The translations under genes were made by a program, and so were the position numbers. Below the pieces are notes generated by a model that saw only the letters and a list, made by a program, of their open reading frames with translations, searched no databases and was not told where the DNA came from. Positions 29,720 through 40,558 of a DNA stretch of 53,772 nucleotides are shown piece by piece (position 1 is the stretch's first letter; every line of letters begins with the position of its first letter). The DNA comes from Sphingomonas sp. (GTDB lineage Bacteria; Pseudomonadota; Alphaproteobacteria; Sphingomonadales; Sphingomonadaceae), in contig JAIERC010000220.1 of the NCBI GenBank assembly GCA_019747165.1, forward strand, positions 1 to 53,772, written 5' to 3'.

Positions 29720-31630
29720 ATGCGTTACCCGTTTATTGTCCTGCTCAGTGCCATCACTCTGTCCTCGCCCGCCTATGCCGATGACCGTCCTGGGGCGGAA
29801 GGGGACGATGCAATCGTCGTCACCGCCAACCGCACCGCACAACCGCTGTCACGCGTCGGCCAGTCGGTCAGCGTCGTCGATGCCGCCGAAATTGCCCGTC
29901 GCCAGACAGCGACTGTTGTCGATATCCTCCGCACGCTGCCCGGCGTTTCGATCGTTCGCAACGGCGGCATTGGCACGGCGACGGGAGTTTTCATTCGCGG
30001 CGCGGAGAGCGACCAGACAGTGACTTTGATCGACGGCGTCAAGCTCAACGATCCGTCGTCCCCGGGCGGGGGCTTTAACTTCGGCAATCTCCTGGTCGGC
30101 AATATCGATCGGATTGAGGTACTGCGCGGATCGCAATCGGTGCTGTGGGGCAGTCAGGCAATTGGGGGGGTCATTAACATGATCACCCGGTCGCCAACCG
30201 ACGCCCTGGCGATCAACGCGCGCGCTGAATATGGCTATCGCAACACCGGGCAGTTGGTTGGCAATATCTCTGGCAAGCTGGGGCCGCTATCGGCGAGCGG
30301 CGGCGGCGGCTATTTTCGAACCGATGGAATCTCTGCCTTTAGCGAAGCGCGAGGTGGCGTCGAGCGCGACGGCTATGAAAATTACGGGGCCAACGCCAAT
30401 CTGAAGCTGGCGCTGAGCGACCAATTTTCGCTCGATGCGCGCGGCTGGTATTCGAATGGCAGCGTTGGAATTGACGGCTTTCCGGCACCGAGCTTTGCTT
30501 TTGCCGATACGCGGGAGATCGCGAAAACGCGGGAGATCGTGGGTTATGCCGGTGGCAATGCCGCTTTTTTTGGCGGTCGGTTCCGCAATCGGCTCGGCTT
30601 TGCCTATACCGACACACGCCGCCGCAACGATGATCAGGGCACCGAGACATTTGCTGCAAATGGCCGCAACGAACGGCTGGAATATCAGGGAGTTTTCGAC
30701 ATTGCCGAAGGTTGGCAGGCGACCGCTGGGTTGGAGCGCGAGACATCGCGCTTTACCTCGTCGAGCTTTGGCGGCGCGCCGACCATAGGCCGGGCCCGCC
30801 TGGACAGTGTCTATGGCCAGCTGGTGGCAACACCGATCGGTGGCCTCACCCTTACCGGCGGGGTCCGGCAGGACGATCATGACCGATTTGGCGGGGCAAC
30901 CACTTTTGGCGCTAGCGGCGTCTTTCTCATCGCCAGAACGGGTCTGACGGTTCGTGCCAGCTATGCGGAGGGGTTCAAGGCACCCTCCTTGTTCCAGTTG
31001 CAAAGCAATTTCGGTAACCAGACGCTACGCCCTGAACGCGCCAGGGGGTGGGATGTGGGCATTACCGAACGCGCGTTGGGCGGCAGACTTGAAGCCGGTA
31101 TCACCTATTTCAGGCGCAACAGCATCGACCTGATCAATTTCATCTCATGCGTGCCGCCATTAACAGGCATTTGCGCTAATCGGCCGTTTGGAACGTACGA
31201 CAATGTCGCGCGCGCTCTGGCCGATGGTATTGAGGTAAGCTTGGCGCTGCACCCGGTCGATGCGCTTCGCGTTCAGGCCAATTACACGTATACTAACGCC
31301 GTCAACCGCTCACCGGGTGACGCGAATTTCGACAAGATTCTGGTCCGTCGGCCGCAGCATAGCGCGACGATGCTCGTCGATTATCGCTGGGGTTTTGGCC
31401 TCACCACTGGGGCTACGCTGACCCATGTTGGATCAAGCTTCGACAATGCCAGCAACAGCCGCAAGCTCGAAGGTTATGTCTTGGCAGATGTACGCCTGTC
31501 CTATCCGGTCACTCCGCGCATTGCGCTCTATGGTCGCATCGAAAACCTGTTCGACGAACGCTATGAGACCGCTTTCCGCTTTGGGCAGCCGGGGCGCGCT
31601 GCCTATATCGGCGCACGGCTGGCCTATTGA
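29720..31630 (+). CDS. btuB: TonB-dependent cobalamin receptor
   Basis: Signal peptide, IVVTANR TonB box, FIRGAESDQTVTLIDG, IENLFDERY; GGAGG RBS; follows B12 riboswitch. Confidence 0.9.
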   Translation: MRYPFIVLLSAITLSSPAYADDRPGAEGDDAIVVTANRTAQPLSRVGQSVSVVDAAEIARRQTATVVDILRTLPGVSIVRNGGIGTATGVFIRGAESDQTVTLIDGVKLNDPSSPGGGFNFGNLLVGNIDRIEVLRGSQSVLWGSQAIGGVINMITRSPTDALAINARAEYGYRNTGQLVGNISGKLGPLSASGGGGYFRTDGISAFSEARGGVERDGYENYGANANLKLALSDQFSLDARGWYSNGSVGIDGFPAPSFAFADTREIAKTREIVGYAGGNAAFFGGRFRNRLGFAYTDTRRRNDDQGTETFAANGRNERLEYQGVFDIAEGWQATAGLERETSRFTSSSFGGAPTIGRARLDSVYGQLVATPIGGLTLTGGVRQDDHDRFGGATTFGASGVFLIARTGLTVRASYAEGFKAPSLFQLQSNFGNQTLRPERARGWDVGITERALGGRLEAGITYFRRNSIDLINFISCVPPLTGICANRPFGTYDNVARALADGIEVSLALHPVDALRVQANYTYTNAVNRSPGDANFDKILVRRPQHSATMLVDYRWGFGLTTGATLTHVGSSFDNASNSRKLEGYVLADVRLSYPVTPRIALYGRIENLFDERYETAFRFGQPGRAAYIGARLAY

Positions 31631-32625
31631 TGGGAATGCCGATCACAACCGCATCTTTTGCCGTTCATGGCGGGCGGCTGGCGCTGGCACGGGCGCAATA
31701 CCCGACACAGCTTGTATGGATCGATTTGTCGACCGGGATCAGTCCATGGGCTTACCCGGCAGCGATCGATGCCGAAAACCTGCGCCGGCTGCCTGAGCCG
31801 GGTGCGCTAGCCATGCTGGAGGCCGCTGCAGCAGCAGTCTTTGGCAGCGATCCGGCTGCAACGGTCGCGGTACCGGGCAGCGACATTGCGCTGCGCTTGA
31901 TCGCCCGACTCATCCCGGCTCGCTCACCCGCGATTCTGGGTCCGGGGTATTCCGGGCATCGCGCGATGTGGCCGGACGCAGCTGTGTTGACCGATCTTGC
32001 CGCTGAGCATAATGATGCGCTTGTCCTTGCCCGCCCTGATAATCCTGACGGCGCGAAGGTTGACCGCGATCTTCTAGCAGACGCGGCGCGGCGTCTGGCC
32101 GCGAAGGGAGGGTGGCTGATCGTCGACGAGGCGTTCGCCGATACCGAAATCGAGCCGGGCATCGCTGCCGCGAAGTGGCCGGGCACGATCGTCCTGCGAT
32201 CGTTTGGCAAGTTTTTCGGGCTGGCAGGCTTGCGGCTTGGCTTCGTCATCGCGCCGCCGGGATTTGCGGCGTCGTTGCGGCAGCTTCTTGGTGACTGGCC
32301 GATCTCCGGTCCGGCGATCGTCATCGGCACCGCCGCCTATCACGACCTTGCCTGGCAAAGCGCCCAACAACGCCGGCTTGGTGACGCAGCGGCGCGACTC
32401 GACAGCGTGCTGAGCGAGGCCGGTTTTGCAATTGCAGGCGGTACACCATGCTTCCGGCTGGTCGATACGCCAGACGCAGCTTTGCTGTTTGAGCATCTGG
32501 CGCATAGGGCGATCTTGACCCGGCCCTTTGCCGACAACCCGCGCCGCCTGCGCGTTGGCCTGCCAGCGTCCGAAACCGAAACCGCTCGGCTCCAGCACGC
32601 CCTTCAGACCGCGAGGATGACATGA
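31630..32625 (+). CDS. cobD: L-threonine-O-3-phosphate decarboxylase (PLP)
   Basis: HGG, WIDLSTGI, LIVDEAFAD, RSFGKFFGLAGLRLGF (CobC in P. denitrificans naming). Confidence 0.88.
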   Translation: MGMPITTASFAVHGGRLALARAQYPTQLVWIDLSTGISPWAYPAAIDAENLRRLPEPGALAMLEAAAAAVFGSDPAATVAVPGSDIALRLIARLIPARSPAILGPGYSGHRAMWPDAAVLTDLAAEHNDALVLARPDNPDGAKVDRDLLADAARRLAAKGGWLIVDEAFADTEIEPGIAAAKWPGTIVLRSFGKFFGLAGLRLGFVIAPPGFAASLRQLLGDWPISGPAIVIGTAAYHDLAWQSAQQRRLGDAAARLDSVLSEAGFAIAGGTPCFRLVDTPDAALLFEHLAHRAILTRPFADNPRRLRVGLPASETETARLQHALQTARMT

Positions 32626-33239
32626 CCAACCCCCATGCACCCGCCGATTTCACCGCCCATAATGCCCGAATGAAGCGCGTGCAGGCGGCCCGCGCCCGTA
32701 TTCAGGCGCGCCACACGCTCGAACGCGGCCTGCTGATTGTCCATACCGGCAATGGCAAAGGCAAATCCTCCTCCGCTTTTGGCATGGCGATCCGCAGTCT
32801 TGGCTGGGGCATGAAGGTTGGCATCGTCCAATATGTGAAGGGCAGTTGGGAAACGGGCGAGAAGACCTTCTTTCAGGCCAATCCTGATCTATTGACCTTC
32901 GAGGTGATGGGCGAAGGCTTTACCTGGGACACCCAGGACCGCGCCCGCGACATCGAAGCTGCACAAGCGGCATGGACGCGGTCAAAAGAACTGATCCTCG
33001 ACCCCAATTATGATTTTGTCATCCTCGATGAACTCAACATTGTGCTGCGCGACGACACGCTGGCGATCGCCGAGATCGTGGATTTTATGAAGGATCGCCC
33101 GCTGACAAAACATATCTGCATCACCGGGCGCAACGCCAAGCCGGAACTGCTTGAGATCGCCGATCTCGTTACCGAGTTTCAGGAGGTAAAGCACCCGTTC
33201 AAGGCTGGGTTCAAGGCGCAGAAGGGGGTCGAATATTGA
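32622..33239 (+). CDS. cobO: Corrinoid adenosyltransferase (CobO/BtuR)
   Basis: HTGNGKGKSSSAFG, GEGFTW, ILDELN, KHPFKAGFKAQKGVEY. Confidence 0.95.
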   Translation: MTNPHAPADFTAHNARMKRVQAARARIQARHTLERGLLIVHTGNGKGKSSSAFGMAIRSLGWGMKVGIVQYVKGSWETGEKTFFQANPDLLTFEVMGEGFTWDTQDRARDIEAAQAAWTRSKELILDPNYDFVILDELNIVLRDDTLAIAEIVDFMKDRPLTKHICITGRNAKPELLEIADLVTEFQEVKHPFKAGFKAQKGVEY

Positions 33240-34069
33240 TCCGTATCTTCGCTTGCTTGTTGTCGTTGGCGGCAACGTCTTGCTCGGCCGCGCTTGGTTC
33301 ACCCGAGCACAAGAGCGGTGCCAACGGCCTGCGTATCGTATCGATCAATCCCTGCGTGGATTCGATATTGATGCACGTTGCCGACCATAGCCAGATTGCG
33401 GGCATCAGCCATTATTCTCAGGATCCGCGCGCTACCTCGATCCCGATCGCCCAGGCGATGCAGTTCAAGGCCACATCGGGCACGGCAGAGGAAGTGGTCG
33501 CGCTCGCACCCGATCTGGTCATCGCCGGGGCTCATGTCGCACCGTCGACAATCGCGGCTCTCAAGCGGATGCACATTGCCCTGCTTCAGCTCAGCGTCCC
33601 GGAAACTATCGCTGAGAATCGCGACCAGATTACTCAGATTGCGAAAGCGATTGGCCATGCCGATCGCGGCAAGCAGCTAAACGCGCGGATCGATGCCGCG
33701 ATTGCGGCAGCGCACACCACGCAGCCGACCATCCCGGCGTTGATCTGGCAGGGTGGCGGTCTGGTACCGGGAGACGGCACACTGGCCAGCGTCTTGCTGC
33801 AGCGCGCGGGTTTTCACAATCTGAGCGGTGATTATGGCCTGAAGAAATGGGATGTTCTGCCGCTGGAATATCTCGTCGCCAGGTCACCGCGCGTGCTGTT
33901 TACGGTTGGCGATGACACAGGCTTGGATCGCATGGTGAGCCATCCCGTCATCGGGCAACTCTCCGGCAATATCGCGCTTCGCCCCTATCCGGAACGGTTG
34001 CTGCACTGTGGCGGGCCAACAATTATCGACGCGGTGGCCGAACTTGCCAGGGCAAGGCGCAGCTTGTGA
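33236..34069 (+). CDS. btuF: Corrinoid ABC transporter substrate-binding protein
   Basis: RIVSINPCVDSIL, EEVVALAPDLV; operon context. Confidence 0.82.
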   Translation: MIRIFACLLSLAATSCSAALGSPEHKSGANGLRIVSINPCVDSILMHVADHSQIAGISHYSQDPRATSIPIAQAMQFKATSGTAEEVVALAPDLVIAGAHVAPSTIAALKRMHIALLQLSVPETIAENRDQITQIAKAIGHADRGKQLNARIDAAIAAAHTTQPTIPALIWQGGGLVPGDGTLASVLLQRAGFHNLSGDYGLKKWDVLPLEYLVARSPRVLFTVGDDTGLDRMVSHPVIGQLSGNIALRPYPERLLHCGGPTIIDAVAELARARRSL

Positions 34070-35031
34070 CGGCGCGGGCGACCTGGGCACTAACCCTCGC
34101 GCTGATCGTGGCGATGGGGCTGTCGTTGATCGCGGGCAAAGTCTGGGTCCCGCCCGCGATCCTTGGCAGTCATGACCCCCGCGCGTTGATCATCATGGAA
34201 TTGCGCCTGCCGCGGACGTTGCTGGCGGCGCTGGTCGGTGCGGCGCTGGGCATGTCTGGCGCGGCAATGCAGGGCTATTTGCGCAATCCGCTGGCAGATC
34301 CCGGCCTGTTCGGCGTCTCCGCGGGCGCAGCGCTTGGAGCGGTGATTTCATTGTTCTTTGGCTATGCCGCGCAAGCGTGGCTATTGCCAATCTTCGCGCT
34401 GACGGGCGCGCTGGCGGCGATGGCGTTGCTCGCGCTGCTGGTTGGCCGGTCAGGGAGCTTGATCGTCTTCACGCTCGGCGGCGTGATCCTCTCGAGTATC
34501 GCGGGGTCGATGACCGCGCTCGCGATCAGTCTGGCGCCGACACCTTTTGCAACATCGCAGATCGTTACCTGGCTGATGGGGGCATTGACCGATCGGAGCT
34601 GGGACGATGTGCGGATCGCCCTGCCGCTGATTGTGATCGGCGTCGCGCTGCTCGCGGCGACCGCGCGTTCGCTCGACGTGCTCACGCTGGGAGAGCCCGC
34701 CGCGCGATCGATGGGGGTTGATCCGTTGCGCCTGCAGTTGTTGATCATCGGGGGCGTGGGGTTGTGCGTGGGTGCGTCGGTGGCGGCGGCCGGGATCATC
34801 GGCTTTGTCGGCCTGATCGTGCCGCATCTTGTTCGCCCCTTTGTCGGTCATCGGCCATCGGCCGTGCTGCTCCCTTCGGCAATCGCCGGTGCTCTGCTGC
34901 TGGTGGTGGCCGACAGCATCGTGCGCGCCGCACCCACCGTCAGCGAGTTGCGCCTCGGCATTGCGATGTCGATGCTCGGCGGGCCGTTTTTTCTAATACT
35001 GCTGCTCCGGATGCGGCGGCAATTGCCATGA
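34066..35031 (+). CDS. btuC: Corrinoid ABC transporter permease (FecCD family)
   Basis: LRLPRTLL, QGYLRNPLADP, GIIGFVGLIVPH. Confidence 0.85.
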   Translation: MTARATWALTLALIVAMGLSLIAGKVWVPPAILGSHDPRALIIMELRLPRTLLAALVGAALGMSGAAMQGYLRNPLADPGLFGVSAGAALGAVISLFFGYAAQAWLLPIFALTGALAAMALLALLVGRSGSLIVFTLGGVILSSIAGSMTALAISLAPTPFATSQIVTWLMGALTDRSWDDVRIALPLIVIGVALLAATARSLDVLTLGEPAARSMGVDPLRLQLLIIGGVGLCVGASVAAAGIIGFVGLIVPHLVRPFVGHRPSAVLLPSAIAGALLLVVADSIVRAAPTVSELRLGIAMSMLGGPFFLILLLRMRRQLP

Positions 35032-35798
35032 GCCTGATCACGCGTAACCTGTCGCTGATGCTCGGCGGCGCACAAGTGCTCGATCGCGTCGACACGTGCT
35101 TTGAGCGCGGCCGCGTTACCGCCATTCTCGGCCCCAATGGTGCGGGCAAATCGAGCCTGCTCAGCTGCCTGGTCGGACTACGCCTGCCGGATAGCGGCGC
35201 CGTGGCGCTTGACGGCACGCCGCGTACACAGATCGATCGCCGCGACCTTGCCCGCCGGATCGGCTATCTGCCGCAGACTGCCGACGTGCATTGGGATGTC
35301 GATGTCGAGACGCTGGTCGCGCTTGGCCGCTTTCCCCATCGCGGACGCTGGGGCGCCAATGATGCGGATCGCAGCGCGATCGCCGCCGCAATGGCAGCGA
35401 CCGATGTAACGGGCCTGGCGGGACGCATTGTCAACACGCTGTCAGGTGGCGAGCGGGGCCGCGCCTTGCTCGCACGCGTCCTTGCGGGCACGCCGGAATG
35501 GCTGCTCGCCGACGAACCGCTGGCGAGCCTTGACCCGGCGCATCAGCTCGATGTTCTCGATTGCCTACGGGCCACCGCAGGGCAAGGTGCCGGGGTCATT
35601 GTCGTCCTCCACGATCTCAATCAGGCAGCACGCGTGGCCGATGACGTTGTGCTGATGCGGCGCGGCCGCGTGATTGCCCATGGCCCGCCCGATGCCGTGC
35701 TGACACCCGATCGTATCGCTGAAACATATGGCGTCTCTTCCTTTGTCGGGCACACGCCCGACGGCCAACGGTTCCTGATCGCGACGGCGCGCGCGTGA
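35028..35798 (+). CDS. btuD: Corrinoid ABC transporter ATPase
   Basis: GPNGAGKS, LSGGE, LADEP, LHDLN. Confidence 0.85.
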   Translation: MSLITRNLSLMLGGAQVLDRVDTCFERGRVTAILGPNGAGKSSLLSCLVGLRLPDSGAVALDGTPRTQIDRRDLARRIGYLPQTADVHWDVDVETLVALGRFPHRGRWGANDADRSAIAAAMAATDVTGLAGRIVNTLSGGERGRALLARVLAGTPEWLLADEPLASLDPAHQLDVLDCLRATAGQGAGVIVVLHDLNQAARVADDVVLMRRGRVIAHGPPDAVLTPDRIAETYGVSSFVGHTPDGQRFLIATARA

Positions 35799-36721
35799 AC
35801 GATCGGGCCGCCCAGCTCATGGCCGCGCTCATGATAGAGGCAGTGATTGGCTATCCGGCTTGGCTGTTTGCCGCAATCGGACATCCCGTAACCTGGACAG
35901 GCGGCTTGATCGCCGGGTTAGACGCAAATTGGAACATCGGATCGAGCGTGAGGCGCAGGGCAATGGGGATCGCAGCCGTTAGCGTCATTGTTGCCGCATC
36001 CGGCGGCTTTGGCTGGGCTATCACGGCTGCAGTCGGGGACGGGTGGTCGGTGATCTTGCTTGTCCTCGTTGCGACCACCGCGCTGGCCCAGCGCAGCCTT
36101 CACGATCATGTCGCCGCAGTCGCGCGGCCCCTTGCTGCCGCAGACCTGCCCGCCGCCCGGGTCGCGGTATCGACCATCGTCGGACGCGATACGCAGGCCC
36201 TAAACGAGAATGACGTTAGCGTTGCGGCGATCGAAGGCCTGGCCGAAAGCTTTTGCGATGGCGTCATTGCGCCTGCCTTCTGGTTCTTCATTGCCGGATT
36301 GCCCGGATTGCTGGTCTGCAAGGCGATCAATACGGCCGATTCGATGATCGGGCATCGCGATACACGCTACCGCGACTTCGGTTGGGCCGCTGCGCGTGCG
36401 GATGATCTGGTGATGCTGGTGCCGGCACGCCTTTCGGGGATGCTGCTCGCGGCTGCCGGGCGCGGCGGGCTGGCGGTGATGTGGCGCGATGCCGGCAAGC
36501 ATGCCTCCCCCAATGGCGGCTGGCCCGAGGCGGCGATGGCAGGCGTGCTGCGGCGGCGGCTCGGCGGCCCGGTAAGCTATGAGGGCGAGCCGAGCGACCG
36601 TGCCTGGCTTGGCGATGGCCCCGCGCCCGACGCTGCCGATCTGGCAAAGGCGCTGGTGATTTATCGCCATGCTTGCCTGCTGCTCTGGGTCATTGTCGGG
36701 GGCATCGCATGGCTGTGGTGA
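35795..36721 (+). CDS. cbiB: Adenosylcobinamide-phosphate synthase
   Basis: [47 protein letters not shown]. Confidence 0.92.
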   Translation: MNDRAAQLMAALMIEAVIGYPAWLFAAIGHPVTWTGGLIAGLDANWNIGSSVRRRAMGIAAVSVIVAASGGFGWAITAAVGDGWSVILLVLVATTALAQRSLHDHVAAVARPLAAADLPAARVAVSTIVGRDTQALNENDVSVAAIEGLAESFCDGVIAPAFWFFIAGLPGLLVCKAINTADSMIGHRDTRYRDFGWAAARADDLVMLVPARLSGMLLAAAGRGGLAVMWRDAGKHASPNGGWPEAAMAGVLRRRLGGPVSYEGEPSDRAWLGDGPAPDAADLAKALVIYRHACLLLWVIVGGIAWLW

Positions 36722-38169
36722 TGCTGCAGGGCACCGGCTCGGATGTCGGCAAATCGGTGCTGGTCGCCGGGCTCTGCCGCCTGTTCGCCAATCGCGGCCG
36801 TAAAGTCCTGCCGTTCAAGCCACAAAATATGTCCAACAATGCCGCCGTCACCGAGGAGGGCGGCGAAATTGGCCGCGCCCAGGCACTTCAGGCGCTTGCC
36901 TGTCGTGTCCCGCCAAGCACTGATATGAACCCGGTGTTGATCAAGCCGCAATCTGACACTGGCGCACAAATCGTCGTCCATGGCCGCGTCATCGGCCAAT
37001 GGGGTGCGGGCGATTATCAGGAGCGAAAGGGCGTGCTGCTCGACGCTGTGATGGCGAGCTATAGCCGTCTGCGCGAGCGTGCCGACCTTGTGATAGTCGA
37101 GGGTGCCGGTAGCCCAGCGGAGATCAATCTTCGGCGCGGCGACATTGCCAATATGGGTTTCGCGCGCGCGGCTGGAGTGCCGGTAGTCCTTGTTGGTGAC
37201 ATCGATCGCGGCGGCATTATCGCCTCGATCGTGGGGACCAAGGCGGTCATCGATCCGGATGACGCCGCGATGATCAAGGGCTTTTTGATCAACAAGTTTC
37301 GCGGTGACCCGCGCCTGTTCGACGATGGCTATGCCGAAATCGCGCGGCGCACTGGCTGGCCGGGACTGGGCGTGGTGCCATGGATTGCCGCCGCACGGCA
37401 GCTGCCCGCCGAGGATGCGGTGGTGCTCGATACGACTGCGGCGCACGACGGCGGGGTGACTATTGCCGTGCCCCTGCTTTCACGCATTGCCAATTTCGAT
37501 GATTTTGATCCGCTGATTCAAGAGCCCGCCGTCCGGCTGGTCTTCGTGCCGCCCGGCCAGCCGATCCCGGCGGAGGCCGCGCTGATCATCCTGCCAGGGA
37601 CCAAGGCGACCATCGCCGATCTCGCTTTCCTGCGGGCACAAGGGTGGGATATCGATATTGCCGCGCACGTCCGACGCGGCGGACACCTGCTTGGGATTTG
37701 TGGTGGCTATCAGATGCTGGGCGCGCATATTTCAGATGCAGACGGCATTGAAGGCCCGGCGCAACGCGTCGCCGGGCTCGGCCACCTCCCCATCGAAACC
37801 CGCCTTACCGGGGACAAGCGCCTGACCGCGACCAAAGGCACGAGCATCGCTGATAACGCCTGCTTTTCCGGTTATGAAATCCATGTTGGCCGTACTACTG
37901 TCTCGCCGGGTACGGCGCCGCTTTTACGGTTGACCAATGGCACAACGGATGGCGCGGTCAGTGCTAATGGCCGCATTGCTGGGTGCTACATCCACGGTCT
38001 TTTCGATGACCCGGCGCAGCGCGCGGCATGGCTCAAGCGGATCGGCGTCGCGTCAGACGGCGTGGCGCAATCCGTTCGCGTCGATGCCGCACTTGATGCG
38101 CTGGCGTTAGCGCTCGAGGCGCATGTCGACATCGAACGGTTACAGGCAATCGCAGGGATAGACGCATGA
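36709..38169 (+). CDS. cobQ: Cobyric acid synthase
   Basis: [51 protein letters not shown]. Confidence 0.95.
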   Translation: MAVVMLQGTGSDVGKSVLVAGLCRLFANRGRKVLPFKPQNMSNNAAVTEEGGEIGRAQALQALACRVPPSTDMNPVLIKPQSDTGAQIVVHGRVIGQWGAGDYQERKGVLLDAVMASYSRLRERADLVIVEGAGSPAEINLRRGDIANMGFARAAGVPVVLVGDIDRGGIIASIVGTKAVIDPDDAAMIKGFLINKFRGDPRLFDDGYAEIARRTGWPGLGVVPWIAAARQLPAEDAVVLDTTAAHDGGVTIAVPLLSRIANFDDFDPLIQEPAVRLVFVPPGQPIPAEAALIILPGTKATIADLAFLRAQGWDIDIAAHVRRGGHLLGICGGYQMLGAHISDADGIEGPAQRVAGLGHLPIETRLTGDKRLTATKGTSIADNACFSGYEIHVGRTTVSPGTAPLLRLTNGTTDGAVSANGRIAGCYIHGLFDDPAQRAAWLKRIGVASDGVAQSVRVDAALDALALALEAHVDIERLQAIAGIDA

Positions 38170-39173
38170 TCGACATCGCTACCGCCTGGGCGCATCTGGA
38201 TGCACTTGCCAAGCCGCAGCGCAGCCTTGGCCGACTGGAAGCACTCGCGGCGCGTTTGGCGGTCGTCCAGCAGCGGCTAGACCCTGAGACCAAACCGCGG
38301 GCGATCACGCTTTTTGCCGCTGATCACGGGGTCGTGGCGCAAGGCGTTTCGGCCTGGCCATCGGCGGTGACTGGGCTGATGATGGGCACAATCATCAGCG
38401 GACGGGCAAGCAGTGCGGCGTTGGCAACCGCGCAAGGTTGCACGCTGCGGCTCGTCGATGTCGGCGCACTTGCGCCGCCGCCCGAACCATGGCCCGATCA
38501 TTTTCGCCTAGCCGCTGTCGCGTCGGGTACGGCCGACTTGTCGCAAGGGCCAGCGATGACGATCGACCAGTTCGACCGTGCATGGGCCATCGGCGCCGAA
38601 GAGGCCGAGCGCGCTCTTGCGGCGGGCAATCATATCCTGCTCACAGGCGAGATGGGGATTGGCAACACCACGCCAGCCGCTTGCCTGACTGCCCTGCTGA
38701 CCGGCATTGCGGTCGATGTTGCGGTCGGGCGCGGGGCCGGGGCGGACGATACGGTGCTCGCTATCAAGCGACAGATCGTTGCCGATGCCGTCGCCCGCGC
38801 CAACGCCGTGCTGCCGCACGATCCGCGGGCGGCGATCGCGGCTGTTGCAGGGTTCGAGATTGTCGCCATGGCGGGTTTCTTTGCGGCTGGTGCCGCCGCG
38901 GGTGCGACTTTGCTGCTTGATGGGTATGTTGCCACCGCAGGCGCACTGATCGCAGAACGCCTTGTGCCCGGCACCGCGAAACAGATCATCGCCGCCCACC
39001 GTTCTGCAGAACCGGGTCATGGCGCAGCGCTCGTCCATCTCGGGCTCGAACCGCTGCTCGATTGGGAAATGCGGCTGGGCGAAGGCACTGGGGCGCTGGT
39101 CGCGTTGCCGCTGCTCGACAGCGCCGCCGCTCTCCTGCGCAACGTCGCGCGGTTGGCGGATCTCGGCGTCTAA
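38166..39173 (+). CDS. cobT: Nicotinate-nucleotide--dimethylbenzimidazole phosphoribosyltransferase
   Basis: [34 protein letters not shown]. Confidence 0.94.
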   Translation: MIDIATAWAHLDALAKPQRSLGRLEALAARLAVVQQRLDPETKPRAITLFAADHGVVAQGVSAWPSAVTGLMMGTIISGRASSAALATAQGCTLRLVDVGALAPPPEPWPDHFRLAAVASGTADLSQGPAMTIDQFDRAWAIGAEEAERALAAGNHILLTGEMGIGNTTPAACLTALLTGIAVDVAVGRGAGADDTVLAIKRQIVADAVARANAVLPHDPRAAIAAVAGFEIVAMAGFFAAGAAAGATLLLDGYVATAGALIAERLVPGTAKQIIAAHRSAEPGHGAALVHLGLEPLLDWEMRLGEGTGALVALPLLDSAAALLRNVARLADLGV

Positions 39174-39967
39174 TGGCTGGTCGCTGTCCATCCTGGGCAC
39201 CCCCCTTGTTGGCGGTGCAGTTTCTTACCCGACTCCCCGTGCCCGCGACCGACCGGCTCTCAGCGGACGCCGTGCGCACCGGGCTGACGCGCGCGGTTGG
39301 GTGGTTTCCGCTCGTCGGCGCGCTGATCGGCGCGGTCACGGCAACATCGGTAATTGGCGCCATGGCGATCTGGCCGGTGCCCGTTGCGGTCATGCTTGCG
39401 CTGGCCATCGAAGCGCTGTTGACGGGCGCTTTTCACGAAGATGCGGTTGCCGACTTTTGCGATGCATTTGGCGGCGGCCAGACGGCAGAAGACGTGCGCC
39501 GAATCATGAAGGACAGCCGCATCGGCAGCTATGGCACGGTCGGGCTGGTGTTGGCTCTTGGCCTGCGCGCGACATTGATGGTCACTGTGCTCGAGCGCTT
39601 CGATCCGCTTTCGGCGGCTCTTGTCATCACAGCATCGGCCTGTTTCGGACGCTGGCTGATTGTCGCCCTGATGGTCAGTGTGAACCCGGCACCGAGTGGC
39701 ACTGGCCTTACCAAGGACATTACCGCAGGCGCGGGCTTGCGCAGCTTGGCTTTGGCATCTCTGCTCGCCCTGCCGGTCCTCATTCCCTTCGCCCTTCATG
39801 CACCGCTTGCAATGATCGGGATCCTGGCGGTCAGCTTGGCTTTCCTGCTGTGGTTTCGTGCCTTCCTTCTCCGCCGGATTGGCGGGAGTACGGGCGACTG
39901 CCTCGGCTTCGCGGCCTATGTCGGTCAACTTCTGCTGCTCCTGGCGGCGGCAGCGGTCGCGCCATGA
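39173..39967 (+). CDS. cobS: Cobalamin synthase
   Basis: QFLTRLP, TGAFHEDAVADFCD, IMKDSRIGSYG, IGGSTGDCLG. Confidence 0.93.
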   Translation: MAGRCPSWAPPLLAVQFLTRLPVPATDRLSADAVRTGLTRAVGWFPLVGALIGAVTATSVIGAMAIWPVPVAVMLALAIEALLTGAFHEDAVADFCDAFGGGQTAEDVRRIMKDSRIGSYGTVGLVLALGLRATLMVTVLERFDPLSAALVITASACFGRWLIVALMVSVNPAPSGTGLTKDITAGAGLRSLALASLLALPVLIPFALHAPLAMIGILAVSLAFLLWFRAFLLRRIGGSTGDCLGFAAYVGQLLLLLAAAAVAP

Positions 39968-40524
39968 CTGCCGCACTCCTGATGGTGCGCCACACAGCGG
40001 TCGCGCGACACTGGAAAGGACGCTGCTATGGGGTAAGCGATGTTGGCCTATCCCGCGCTGGCGCTGCGCATGCCCGAGCGCTCGCACCGATATTTGCGGC
40101 ATGGCGTCCTGACATAGTGATCCATTCCGATCTGCGTCGAACGCGCATGCTCGCGCTTCAGGTTGCCGCGATCGCAAAGGTTGACGCTGTTGCCGACGCC
40201 AGTTGGCGAGAGCGGGATTTCGGCGATTGGGAAGGAAAGAGCTGGCTGGCAATTTACCGCAGCACCGGCAATGCCATGGACGGGATGATCACTGCGCCCG
40301 ACAGTTTTCGCCCGGGCGGCGGCGAGACAACGACGGAACTGGCAGACCGCATATCGGATGCTATCGCCCGATTGACCGCGCAGCGTATCGTCATCGTCAC
40401 TCATGGCGGGCCGATTGCAGCAGCCCAAGGAAGATCAGCCGGCCTGCCCGAACGTGCCTGGTTGGCGCTGGTGCCGCGTAATGGTGAAACCTGGGAGCGG
40501 CCCGCAAACGCAAGTTCTTGTTGA
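39964..40524 (+). CDS. cobC: Histidine phosphatase, probable adenosylcobalamin-phosphate/alpha-ribazole phosphatase
   Basis: VRHT, SDLRRT, ERDFGDWEG, VTHGG; last gene of the cob operon. Confidence 0.8.
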   Translation: MTAALLMVRHTAVARHWKGRCYGVSDVGLSRAGAAHARALAPIFAAWRPDIVIHSDLRRTRMLALQVAAIAKVDAVADASWRERDFGDWEGKSWLAIYRSTGNAMDGMITAPDSFRPGGGETTTELADRISDAIARLTAQRIVIVTHGGPIAAAQGRSAGLPERAWLALVPRNGETWERPANASSC

Positions 40525-40558
40525 AAGCAGCGATCTGAAACTGGCCCTTTCCCGCCAG

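Noticed and set aside
38962-39963. 520-aa ORF suggesting a fused phosphatase
   Set aside because: The upstream part is an alternative frame over cobT/cobS; the phosphatase starts at ATG 39964.
31752-40252. Many long antisense ORFs over the cob operon
   Set aside because: Expected shadow ORFs in high-GC coding DNA; no motifs.
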